NCBI GenBank assembly: GCA_951406725.2
Contig: OX597814.1
Location: 189,906,001 to 189,970,000 of the forward strand
Source of the DNA: Octopus vulgaris
Taxonomy: Eukaryota
Length of the DNA stretch: 64,000 nucleotides
Direction of reading: 5' to 3'
Below are positions 12,248 to 23,992 of this stretch, in pieces (within the stretch, counting starts at the first letter, position 1; every line of letters starts with the position of its first letter). The notes beneath the pieces were generated by a model. It searched no databases, was not told the DNA's origin, and worked only from the letters and a program-made list of their open reading frames with translations. The position numbers and the translations under genes were made by a program.

Positions 12248-12606
12248 TTGCTATTATGCCAAATTAAGTCCAAAACGGTGCTTTTTTCAGAAGACGAAGA
12301 AATATTTTCACCATTCCATAGCAAAACCATAATACTTCACTTTGACAATTTTTGCTATCTTGGCATCGGAAGCAGCTGGGGATAGGATAGTTAAACCAAA
12401 AGAACCGGCTATTGCAAGCAAAAATAAATTTGAAAAAACTGCATTTGGCCAAATTTTGAATACGACAGCTTAAACAATAGCTATATATATACATATATAC
12501 ATACGACATACAACATACATATATATATACATATATACATACGACATACGACATACATATATGACATACGACAGCTTAACACAATAGCTATATATATATA
12601 TATATA

Positions 12607-13370
12607 CAGGGGGCGTAAGATATTTAAGGACAGACTTATGTTTATAAAAAAAAAACAAATTAATAATAACAGATAATAATTTTATTTATCAAAAAGTACT
12701 GTGAGTATAAAAATAAACCTTCTTTCTCTAACTTTATTTAATAAAGCCACCTTCAGCTTCAATAACTGCTTCTATATAAGATCTAAATCATCTACACGCT
12801 CGGATCAAGTGGTCCTGGTTCATTTTGGACATTACTCTTACTATAGCAGCTTTCAAAGAATCTTTGGTATTATAGGTGTGTCCATTGATCTCCCTCTCAA
12901 CAATGCTCCACATGTAATAGTCCTATGGATTGAAATCTGGGGAATTATGAGGCTAGATATTAGGGATTATGTGATCAGGAAAATGTTCAGCCATCCAATC
13001 CTCTGTTACTAGAGCCATGTGAGATAGTGCAGAGTTTTACTGAAACACATATGGCCTTCCATTGAATACAGTCTTTCTATGGATTAACAATAATTTCCAG
13101 GACTTCAACGTAGGCGGCAGAGTTAACTCTAAGGCCTTGTGGAAAGAAGTAAGGAGGTATCACATATCCTTCATTGGTGACAACACATAAAACCATAACA
13201 TTTGTAGGAAATTTTGTATGCATAGCACTTGGAACTTCAGAAGAGTTTGCACATAACCATCTGTCATTTCTTCTGTAAACTTTTTGATCACGGTCGAAGT
13301 TTTGCGCGTTTGAGAAAAACCAAATCAAGTCTTCTGCTGGATTTTTCAGTTTGTTTAACAACCTTTTAGA
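12607..13370 (-). mobile_element. Tc1/mariner-superfamily (maT/DD37D-like) transposon relic, 3' half
   Basis: ORF 13077-13379 contains WFFS..NF....NDRW...KFP..VMV...G...PYFF..GLRVN...Y.EVL. Further on the minus strand: YVFQ*NSA.SH and NSPDFNP*DYYMW. End TA-CAGGGGGCG at 12605-12615. Confidence 0.8.
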
Positions 13371-13387
13371 TATATACATATATATAC

Positions 13388-13595
13388 GGCGAGATTGAGA
13401 AAATCGTTAGCATGCCGGACAAAACTACTTTCTGGCATTTCTTCCGGCTTCAATTTCTGAGTTCAAATTCAGCCGAGATCGACTTCACCGTTCGTCTTTT
13501 CGGGGTCAATAAAAGAAGTAACAGCTGAGCTCTAGGTTCGATATATCCAACTAGAGCCGCTCCCCAAAATTTTAGGCATTGTACCTCTAGTAGAA
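13388..13595 (+). mobile_element. SINE family A (diverged)
   Basis: GGCGAG..AATCGTTAGCATGCCGG, GAGTTCAAATTC, TTTTCGGGGTC. Confidence 0.7.
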
Positions 13596-14199
13596 TTGAT
13601 ATCTATATGTGTGTGTATGTGTGTGTGTGTGTGTATTTATGCACACACACACATACATGCGCGTGTATATACACAATATAAAGTTATTTCAAAGACGCCC
13701 GTATATATATATATATATATCTCTTATTTTTAAAGGCAGATTTTATCTGCCTCCCTTTGGGAGTTATACAAATCTACAATATAGGATTTCTTCAATTACA
13801 ATTTACCTAGCAATTTTAAGAGTACAATGCATCGCGTCATGCCAGCTCCAGTTTTTAAAATTTAAACTCCAATTAAGCAAAATTTACAGAAAACTCACAT
13901 TCTGGTGTGTGTGTCAAATGCTTTTCTTAGTCTGGTTTACAGCACACGCAAACGCACACACACACTGTGTAACGAATAAAATGAAACTAGATGTAATATT
14001 TGTTACTGTCCATGAACGCTGATAGATACATGAGTAAAATGTATGGGAAGCTAACAAATAAGAGTGAGTGAAAATGTTCTTGGAAGAGAGTAAATTTGAA
14101 GCTTGAGAACAATCAGATACATTTGCAACACATCTGTTGAAAATATTATTATTCACACACATACATATACATATATACATACAGACAGACAGACAGATA

Positions 14200-14239
<40 letters not shown>

Positions 14240-14356
14240 ATCCAGCATGGCCACAACCTCAAGGCTGAAACATATAAAAGAATAACAGAATATAAATGTG
14301 TGCATGTGTGTGAGAGAGAGAGTGTGTGTGTATATGTATGTATATATATATATATA

Positions 14357-14945
14357 ATAATGCGGTTTTTTCAACAGCTTGAACTAAAAGTCAGAGGGGA
14401 ATGGGATAAACTACTTATATTAACTTGCTATAAAAGCAGGTAGTAATTTTATCTTGTCCTTATTCATAGTGCAAGTTTTGAAGAGTGCATTTCGATTTTA
14501 ACAGCTATTTTTTTCAAAGCTATGTTGGAAGTAACAAAGGAGCATATTTGGCATATTTTGCTTTATGAGTTCAATAAAGACAACAACGCAACGGAAAGTA
14601 CAAGAAATATTAATGCAGTATATGGGGATTGGACAATAAGCGTAAGGCAGTGTCAATGGTGGTTCCAGAAATTCCGAGCCATAAACTACAGCCTAGAAGA
14701 CGAGCCTCATCCTGAAAGATCTGTAGAACTCGACAAGGACATCCTGAAAACCCTGGTGGAACAAAATCTCATCGTAACTGTTGAGGAACTAGCAGAGAAG
14801 CTTGATTTGGTCATTCAACCATTCATTGAGACCTGTGTGCTATCGGAAAAGTCAGCAAATTGGGTCAATGGGTTCCTCACGAACTTTCCGAGTCTAATTG
14901 CATGCAGAGAGTGAATGTATGCTTTTCTTTGCTGTCACATCTCAC
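14357..14945 (+). mobile_element. Mariner transposon relic, 5' part (HTH region)
   Basis: ORF 14522-14914 EHIWHILLYEF...AT...INAVYG...S.RQCQWWFQKFR...SLED.P...R, a Mos1-type HTH. Homologous to 53069-53973(-). Confidence 0.85.
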
Positions 14946-14964
14946 CACTACTGCGCTATGTATA

Positions 14965-15588
14965 TCTATATATATAAAACTGTAGTTGTGTGAGTGTCTG
15001 TCCCCTTCGATTTAGATTCCTAACTACTCCCACATTTTGCGGTGCAGTTTAACCAAATTCGGGTAGCTTATAGTCGTGATTCATATCGAGCCCGTCTGAG
15101 TATTAGCGCGCGTCTACGATGAGTCTACGATTTTAAAAATAATTTAACATCATTTTTTATTCCATTTTAATGCATAATTTTTCGTGTGTCGATGGCGGTG
15201 GAGTTGGCGTCCACGCTCACACCTGCACCTGTGGGGAAGGGAGTGTAAGGAAATCAACGTCGTAATGCGTTGTCAAGGAGACCAGCGTTCTTTTAGAACA
15301 ACGACTTCATGGCTTGAAGACACCAAAACAGAAATGGCTAAGAAAGCGTCTACATGAGTCTACGATTTAAAAAAAAATTTACCATCGTTTTTTTTTCCAT
15401 TTTAATGCATTTTTTCGCTATTATATAAGGGAAGTAACTCTCTAAAAATGTCTACGATGAGTCAAATTTACCATCATATTTTTTCCATTTTTAATGCATT
15501 TTTTGCTATTTTTTGGCTATAACTCTCTAAAAATGCTTATATAGTTATTTCCCTTACAAACCCGAGCAACGCCGGGCGATAATGCTAG
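14965..15588 (+). mobile_element. Non-autonomous Helitron
   Basis: 5' TCTATATATATAAAA after A14964. 3' hairpin CCCGAGCAACGCCGGG, then CTAG, followed by T (A|T target, no TSD). Internal tandem TCTACGAT..AATTTACCATC repeats. Confidence 0.75.
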
Positions 15589-15674
15589 TATATATATATA
15601 TATATTGTTGATCTGAAATATATGGACTGAATTTGAAATAACATTATATTGTGTATACATACATGTGTGTGCAT

Positions 15675-15723
<49 letters not shown>

Positions 15724-15788
15724 ATATATACATAATATACATAATATATATAATATATATATGATATATATATTATATATTTGTGTAT

Positions 15789-15861
<73 letters not shown>

Positions 15862-17965
15862 GGGTGGTGATGTGTATGTGTGTGTGTAGTTTAGATGTAC
15901 ATTTGTATTAAACAATCGATCCCTAACTAAATGGCATCCTTTATGCACGAAACATTACTGGAGATAGATCTTTCTCTTTCGCTAATCGATTTAATAAGCT
16001 TTGATAACATTCATATTAATATTAAGGTTGTAATTTAAGGTTAACACATGAAATTTGTTATGTAGACATACATGGAAATGTTATCTTAATACTTCGCGCT
16101 GACATCTTATTCTCTGTTCATCTATTGCGTTTTCCTGTTTGTTTTCGAGGTGAATCTGCTTGAGAAGAACATCTAACTTTAACAGCATTGCATATTCTCC
16201 CATTCATGGAAATCTAATTTAAGGAAGTTGATATCAGCTTTAGAGGTCAGCAATTTCAAACAAATAATCTCGTGTACCGTGTCTCAACAAAGGCATAGAA
16301 ATGGCGTAATCATTGTTGTCAACAGTAGTATATAATAATGCATCAAAGTTATTATAAATTACATTCTACTGACAATACAGTTTATGTGTTTATAAGGAGA
16401 AGGATTACTTACTGCCCACAACTGACATTAGTATATGAATGGAATGCTAAGAGAGCATACAGGTCACGCATGATATGCCGTGGTAATTAGACATCAATTG
16501 TATGTGAATTAGGTATCAATTAACGAATAATGGACATGTACACAGAACTAGATTCAGCTTTTGAATGAGGTAGTATGTTAACTATACAAGAATTCGAGCT
16601 GAGATAAAGCAGGTGAATTGATCTATAGGAAAAGAAATAAACTTCAGATAAAGAAATAGGTCATATTTTTGTTTAATTTACAATCAATTTAGGAATCTAC
16701 GCTATCACTTCTATGAAATGAGAACAACAATTATAATGTGATTAATTATGTCATAATTATGAGCTGTAATCAATACAGTTGAAGTAATTTGCACATGTAG
16801 ATTTCCAGAAAGTAATTACAAGTAAGTAGAGAATCTATGTAGTGTTATATTAGTTCGGAATTCAGTGTAGACCTTCGTGCGATATATCTTGACTATAAAA
16901 TGGTATTATATTCTACGTGTGGGTGAAGTAAATAAAAAATAAAAGAGAAAAAAGATATTCATCGTAAAATTAACCTCAATGCTATTACTTCTGAACACAA
17001 GGGTGTATATATCTTTATTAACATTATGCTTTATCAATTGTGTTAATAGATTCCCAGAATGATAATAGCCTGGAATTATTTTCACGAGATTGTAGCCATA
17101 TTTTACTTTGCACTTTTAAATATGGAAAAAATATATAAATATAATAATCCCTCACAGTGGAATAGTCAAGAATATAAACACGTTCTTTCTATACTTATTG
17201 ATGTGTGTAAACAATAAAGAAGAGAGAAAGAAAGAGTCTTATGATCTTCCAGTTTCTTGACCGCTCCACAGAGATGTACCCAGTTTCATTCTCTAACTAG
17301 TACCACACATCAGTTGCTTATAAAACAATCATAAATCAGGATAGTACTGTTGCGGGTTGCTTAATTTACATACATGTGTTTTTAATGGCTCGTAAACAAT
17401 CTATCCACTGCGGTGCTAGTCTAATTCATGAGTGCTTTATTGTGTTATTAATTAGGGAAGGTAGTGGTCACCAAACCCTACTACAATCTACCGCTTCTTT
17501 TTCTTCTGTAAATTAATACCATAGAAAGAATGTGCTTACATTCTCATTCATTCCACAGTCCAGTTTTATTATATTTATATATTTCGGTTCTTTTTATTTA
17601 CGCTGTTTTGCACGAATACATATGAAAATATAGATTTAATTAAATGGAACTTTAAGAACATAAATGTACATATTCCTAAGTGGTTGGTGTCTGCAAATTG
17701 GTAAGCATTTTCACTTCCTTCACGTAATGTGTACATTAAAGAAACAAGCAAACGAAGAATTTCATCTGCAGTTGTTTGACTAGTTAAGAATAAGAGCCAA
17801 ACCCCTTTACATTGCGCTCTCTTCTAATATAAAGTCGGGACACATTAGACGACATAATTAAGCAAACCCGTGGCGAAAAGTCAGAAAACTTTGATCACTG
17901 TCTCCTTAATTAGTGCTGAACTGGTTCTAAACGACAACTGAAAGGAAACAAGAATGGAAATATCT

Positions 17966-18346
17966 ACTCTTTACTCTCTTTTACTCTTTTACTTGTTTCA
18001 GTCATTTGATTGTGGCCATGCTGGAGCATCGCCTTTAGTCGAGCAAATCGACTTATTTCTATCGATCTCTTTTGCCGAACCGCTAAGTTACGGGGACGTA
18101 AACACACCAGCATCGGTTGTCAAGCGATGTTGGGGGATAAACACAGACACACAAACACACACACACATACATATACATGTATACGATGGGTTTCTTTCAA
18201 TTTCCATCTACCAAATCCACTCACAAGGCTTTGGTCGGCCCGAGGCTATAGTAGAAGACACTTGGTCAAGGTGCCACGCAGTGGGAATGAACCCGGAACC
18301 ATGTGGTTGGTAAGCAAGCTACTTACTACACAGCCACTCCTTCGCC
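17966..18346 (-). mobile_element. tRNA-derived SINE family B (CORE-like segment, internal microsatellite, GAGTAAAA tail)
   Basis: Head GGCG..GGAGTGGCTGTGT..GGTTCCGGGTTCA, then CACCTTG..CAAGTGTCTT. Tail CCAGCATGGCC.CA.TCAAATGACTGAAACAAGTAAAAGAG. About 10 copies in the window. Confidence 0.9.
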
Positions 18347-18804
18347 TATTCGATTATATCTCAATAAATAACCACATAGACCCAAACGAAGAGAAAAAAG
18401 TCTGCAAAAATATTCACTGAGTATAATTGTAAATGTAGCTAAATATATGAACCATGAGTGGGTAACTGCGGTAAGATTAAATTGTTTGTTTTCTTAACTT
18501 CATTGTTTAAATTTCTCATTGGAATCTGAAGAGAAAATAGTTTACAGTAGTGTGGTTTGTCAGGCAATGAAAGATGCTTAAGTGTATTTCTTATAGTTCT
18601 GGCTCATACGCTGTGTAACTATGTGTTTACTGCATCTGAATTATACAATTTTATAGATAGTTTAATGAATGCCAGTTGACTCATCAGTAATTAAAATAAA
18701 TAATTACTCGAGCTCTCTCTATATAGAAAGATACCTAAATACATATACATATACACACAAACTTACGAACACATGCTATATATATATATGTGTATGTGTG
18801 TGTA

Positions 18805-18892
<88 letters not shown>

Positions 18893-18952
18893 AAATATTA
18901 CTATCCAGGAAGAATAAAGCACCATAAAAGGTAGAATTATAAATATACAAAG

Positions 18953-19591
18953 TTGATGTACATGAAGTACACTCGTTGCTAGAAATAGCAGCCTGTAAAC
19001 TATCGACGTTATGTGGAGTTTCAGTGAATGTCTACAGGCAAAGAGATTTGCGGGCGGTGAATATAGAAAACTTTCGCTTTACCTGTACTGAGACCGTTAG
19101 AGAAATGAAGGATATTTCACTACTGCTGTTTCAAATTTTTCGTATCACGTGCGTGAGCGCGAATCCTATTGGTCCTCTTCAGTTGGATCGACCATCGACG
19201 ACGAAATTTTAAAATATTCACTACATCTATGCCTGTTTACTCGGCTGAAATCCCCAGTCAAAATCAGTGATTTTGGGTCTGATTTTGACTGGGGATTTCA
19301 GCCGAGTAAACAGGCAGAGATGTAGTGAACATTTTAAAATTTCGTCGTCAATGGTCAATTCAACTGGAGTGAACCAATCGGATTCGCAATCACGCACGTG
19401 ATACGAAAAGTTTGAAACTACAGTATTGAATTATCCTTCATTCCTCTAACGGTCTCCGTATAGGTAAAGCAAAATTTTCCTATATTCACCGCGTGCAAAC
19501 CTCTCTGCCTGTAAACATTCAGTGAAGCTCTACATGGCGCCGATAGCTTACCAGCTGCTATTTCTAGCAATGATCGTACTTCGTGTACATC
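18953..19591. repeat. Fold-back element: arms of about 315 bp, 11-nt loop
   Basis: GATGTACATGAAGTAC...CCCCAGTCAAAATCAG (to 19268) versus CTGATTTTGACTGGGG (from 19280)...GTACTTCGTGTACATC. Confidence 0.9.
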
Positions 19592-19697
19592 CGCTTAGTA
19601 AAGATTTATTTGGGTAAAGATATATATATATAATATAATACACACACGCATTCACACACACATACACATGTGCTCATGCATCTCTGTGTACGTGATG

Positions 19698-19880
19698 TCG
19701 AGTGGCCTAGTGGTTAGAGTTTTTCACTCATGATCGTAAGGTTGTGCTTGTCATTCGCAGACCGACGGTTCCTTGTGCTCTTGAGCAAAGAACTCTCTTT
19801 CACTTTATTCTGTGCCACTCAGCTATAAATAGATAATGGACAACCCTTCGATGGACTGCCAATTCCTTCAGTGGCAATGT
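19698..19880 (+). mobile_element. Old tRNA-derived SINE family D (Meta-domain-like)
   Basis: TGGCCTAGTGGTTAGAG A-box, TCTTGAGCAA, CACTCAGCTATAAAT, CCCTTCGATGGACTG. Similar to 61202-61540. Confidence 0.55.
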
Positions 19881-20061
19881 TGTCCCGCCCTCCTCACCAG
19901 CAACATGGCATCATCCTAAAGCTTCAATAATGCGAAGAGCTTCATTGTGAGCAGCGATGTATAAAATCATCTGATAATCTGACTAACACGCCATGATAGA
20001 TCGTTAGCTCCTACACGCATTTTTTTTCTCTCCGTGTTTCTCTCCTTGTTTTTCTCTGTGT

Positions 20062-20101
20062 GTCTTTCTGTCGAAGAGCGTAGGCTCGAAACGTAAAAGA
20101 C
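20062..20101 (+). ncRNA. Minimal hammerhead-like motif, CUGUCGA (A6U) core, in a P1-related unit (20005-20198)
   Basis: GTCTTT-CTGTCGA-A-GAGC-GTAG-GCTC-GAAAC-GTA-AAAGAC. Perfect stem I and stem II. Confidence 0.75.
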
Positions 20102-20201
20102 TTTTTCTATTTATATTCCTGAGCGCTATACTAATACATTTGTTTGTTTGTACTCCACCTGCCTTCGTCTTTTGTTTATTTTGGTAAACTTTCCCGTTAT
20201 A

Positions 20202-20235
<34 letters not shown>

Positions 20236-20319
20236 CATGCGTGTGTGTGTATATATATAAAAGGCGGCATTCCAGCATGGCCACAGTCATATGACTGAAA
20301 CAAGCAAAAGAGTAAAGAG

Positions 20320-20353
<34 letters not shown>

Positions 20354-21284
20354 TACACACACACATATATATTTCAAAAGGATGTGGTATAATACTATTC
20401 CACATATACAAAAATACCGATGCCAACAATTCAACATACCTTCATCATCAGCTGCCCCACGTATATCATAAGTATTGTTTCGGAAGAAATATACCAAGGA
20501 AATTACAAATTTCAAATACATTTTCCCTATTTACAACAGTATCGGTAAATAAATTCAATACGTAAATCAATAACCAACTGCTAAATATGTAACTAAACAT
20601 TGGAGCCATACATTTTATTCCTTACAGTCTTCCATATATAATATAAACGCGAGAGCTTAATAACCACATTAATTCAATCTAAATATGGGCAGGATTAAAG
20701 ACGAACTTTAAAATTAAACTACATCAAAGAAACACATAAATATACGTACACCTGCATCGGTATACTCAATAGCGACCAATCTTTAAGTCCATACAAATAA
20801 TAATCCCACCAGCCTTCCTTAGTTGCTACTATAATAAAAAAAAAATGAAAGCTTTATTTCAATTCTCTTCAGAACAAAACACGATTGAATCTAATTTAAC
20901 GAATAATATAATAATTATGAGTGAAATACATTAATTCATAATTCGAATATTAATAAAAACACTATATACTCATTAATGTATATTACCCTTACACGCTTTA
21001 ATGTAAACTTACGAGTAACTAATAGAAACATTAAATTTATTAAACAAGAACTAATAAAAGTATATTTGTAATTAACTATTGTTATAAATCGTTGTTACGA
21101 TTAAAGCTAAATTAAAACTGCTTAAAAGATAATAAAACTACAAAGTTTTAACACTTACATGATTTTTCAAACCACGTGATTTCATCACCTCTAGAATTTA
21201 AAAGACTTTCTTAACTATATATGACGAAGTGCGTAATTACTACTTCCTCAATTATATACATATATACATGTATATATATATATA

Positions 21285-21330
<46 letters not shown>

Positions 21331-21458
21331 TATATGTACACATATATATAATAATATATACATACATACAAATATATATACATATATACATATATATAAT
21401 AATATATACATACATACATACAAATATATATACATATATATAATAATATATACATACA

Positions 21459-21504
<46 letters not shown>

Positions 21505-21785
21505 TATAATAATATATACATACATACATACAAATATATATACATATATATAATAATATATACATACATACAAATATATATATACATATATATAATAATA
21601 TATACATACAAATATATATACATATATATTTTGTAAATGGTTTAAGGACACTCTTAATATGTCTAACTTTCCTACTAGATTTGAGGTATTGAGTAATTTA
21701 TTCCGAAATGAAACTATCAACAACAGTCATATACATATATATACATATATATATATATATATTTAATTAAATTCTATGTCTTTGC

Positions 21786-21870
21786 GCAGCTGAAGACTGC
21801 TCTACATTTTAAATTGATGTAACGATTGCATTGTTCAATTAAATGGAGTTGCATGAAACGATCGTACTGC
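21786..21870 (+). ncRNA. Type I hammerhead motif with long stem II
   Basis: GCAG-CTGAAGA-cTGC..CATTT.AATTGA...TCAATT.AAATG..GCAt-GAAAC-GATC-GTA-CTGC. Palindromic ACGATCGT stem III. First stem II pair is a C-U mismatch. Confidence 0.75.
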
Positions 21871-22006
21871 ATTACCTCTGGATATCCTTGTTGCTTGTTT
21901 TCATTTTAATCACCTTACTTTGAAATTGTATGGATATACCGTACTGAATTCTGGTGCCTCAACTTAAGTACCATATTCATCTCAATCTAAATTTTTGCTG
22001 CACTCA

Positions 22007-22091
<85 letters not shown>

Positions 22092-22123
22092 ATGTATGTA
22101 TGTACATCAAACATGTAAAGTCA

Positions 22124-22290
22124 TTAAAATGGTTTGTCCTCCTGTCTTGGTGCTGGTAACTTAGTGTGTGCCTTAGCCAAGAAGTCAGAAGATTCTTGGT
22201 ATGGCGACCTGGTGAAAGCATTGTCCTTCCATAAGTCCGGTGTGAGGTAGGCATAGGTCTCTGCAATGGCGTTGTAAGTGGCCTTGGCAA
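22124..22290 (-). pseudogene. RPS2: Retro-copied fragment of 40S ribosomal protein S2 (uS5) C-terminus
   Basis: Translates [42 protein letters not shown]...*, matching the conserved RPS2 stretch [37 protein letters not shown]. 5'-truncated against a SINE head. Confidence 0.9.
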
Positions 22291-22383
22291 GGAGTGGCTG
22301 TGTGGTAAGCAGCTTGCTAACCAACCACATGGTTCCGGGTTCAGTCCCACTGCGTGGCATCTTGGGCAAGTGTCTTCTGCTAT
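22290..22383 (+). mobile_element. SINE family B head fragment
   Basis: AGGAGTGGCTGTGTGGTAAG...GGTTCCGGGTTCAGTCCCACTGCGTGGCATCTTGGGCAAGTG. Confidence 0.85.
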
Positions 22384-22827
22384 ATAATAATATATACATA
22401 CATACATACAAATATATATATATATATATATACACATATATATAATAATATATATATACATACATACAAATATATATATATATATACACATATATATAAT
22501 AATATATATATACATAAATACAAATATATATATATATATACACATATATATAATAATATATACATACATACAAATATATATATATATATATATATTTATT
22601 TATTAATCAATATAGGGTGGCAAAAAATTTCGTAGAATTTATTTGCCACCAGCGGCCTAGTGGGAAAAAAATTAAATAGTCATAGACCATTTATAAGTTC
22701 AACATCACAATCAAGGAATGGCCATAATAGGCCATTCACCCACTAGAAATAACAGCCAAAGCTTCAACCGCAAAATAACATTAATTCCGCAAACCAGGAG
22801 AAAATTAAAAAAACATTTACCCTGTAA

Positions 22828-22932
22828 TTTCTTATACGATGCACCGTTTCATCTATTGTTTAATGGTAAACTAACCTGATTAAATTAAATCAAGTCAATC
22901 TTCCATAGGCCGATAGATTCGTCAGTAAGAAA
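22828..22932 (-). ncRNA. Type I hammerhead ribozyme, long stem II (array unit 1)
   Basis: Minus strand: TTTCTTA-CTGACGA-ATCTAT[long hairpin]ATAGAT-GAAAC-GGTGCATC-GTA-TAAGAAA. Perfect 7-bp stem I, 6-bp stem II base, GUA triplet. Confidence 0.9.
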
Positions 22933-23313
22933 CAGCCAAGATCCGAGCAGATATTATCACGAGGCACCTCTGTCCCTGCCTCGGCAATATCTGACCTAAA
23001 ATTTTCAAATCATCGCACTCGCGCCAAATTTATCGGCAGCAAATATAAGCTGCCGATTCCATTACGGAATTAACCAGAAAATTCATAATTAATCAATATA
23101 GGGTGGCAAAAAATTTCGTAGAATTTATTTGCCACCAGCGGCCTAGTGGGAAAAAAATTAAATAGTCATAGACCATTTATAAGTTCAACATCACAATCAA
23201 GGAATGGCCATAATAGGCCATTCACCCACTAGAAATAACAGCCAAAGCTTCAACCGCAAAATAACATTAATTCCGCAAACCAGGAGAAAATTAAAAAAAC
23301 ATTTACCCTGTAA

Positions 23314-23418
23314 TTTCTTATACGATGCACCGTTTCATCTATTGTTTAATGGTAAACTAACCTAATTAAATTAAATCAAGTCAATCTTCCATAGGCCGAT
23401 AGATTCGTCAGTAAGAAA
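23314..23418 (-). ncRNA. Type I hammerhead ribozyme, long stem II (array unit 2)
   Basis: Same as 22828-22932, with one substitution inside the stem II extension. Confidence 0.9.
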
Positions 23419-23907
23419 CAGCCAAGATCCGAGCAGATATTATCACGAGGCACCTCTGTCCCTGCCTCGGCAATATCTGACCTAAAATTTTCAAATCATC
23501 GCACTCGCGCCAAATTTATCGGCAGCAAATATAAGCTGCCGATTCCATTACAGAATTAACCAGAAAATTCATAATTAATCAATATAGGGTGGCAAAAAAT
23601 TTCGTAGAATTTATTTGCCACCAGCGGCCTAGTGGGAAAAAAATTAAATAGTCATAGACCATTTATAAGTTCAACATCACAATCAAGGAATGGCCATAAT
23701 AGGCCATTCACCCACTAGAAATAACAGCCAAAGCTTCAACCGCAAAATAACATTAATTCCGCAAATATAGATGAGTGCAGCAAAAATTTAGATTCAGATG
23801 AATATGGTACTTAAGTTGAGGCACCAGAATTCAGTACGGTATATCCATACAATTTCAAAGTAACGTGATTAAAATGAAAATAAGCAACAAAGATATCCAG
23901 AGGTAAT

Positions 23908-23992
23908 GCAGTACGATCGTTTCATGCAACTCCATTTAATTGAACAATGCAATCGTTACATCAATTTAAAATGTAGAGCAGTCTTCAGCTGC
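23908..23992 (-). ncRNA. Type I hammerhead motif (inverted copy of 21786-21870)
   Basis: Plus strand GCAG-TAC-GATC-GTTTC...TCTTCAG-CTGC. Confidence 0.75.

Larger units (their letters stand above)
22602..23765 (-). mobile_element. Tandem array of a 486-bp HHR-containing unit (about 2.4 copies); retrozyme-like or tandem pseudo-LTR
   Basis: GGGTGGCAAAAAATTTCG starts at 22615, 23101 and 23587 (period 486). Each full unit has one HHR on the minus strand plus several hairpins. Confidence 0.85.

Noticed and set aside
19125-19190. CTGAAGA...GAAA on the minus strand of the fold-back
   Set aside because: The opposite arm has CTGGAGT, and stems I and II do not form convincingly.
20372-20456. GCAG-CTGATGA-TGAAGG...CCTTTT-GAAA on the minus strand
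   Set aside because: Runs into (TA)n straight after GAAA, with no stem III or stem I partner. Possibly a truncated HHR but unsupported.
22602-23765. Interpretation as a CRISPR-like array or a pure assembly duplication
   Set aside because: No repeat-spacer structure and a eukaryotic context. Units differ by at least two substitutions, arguing against an exact artefactual duplication, though long reads are needed.
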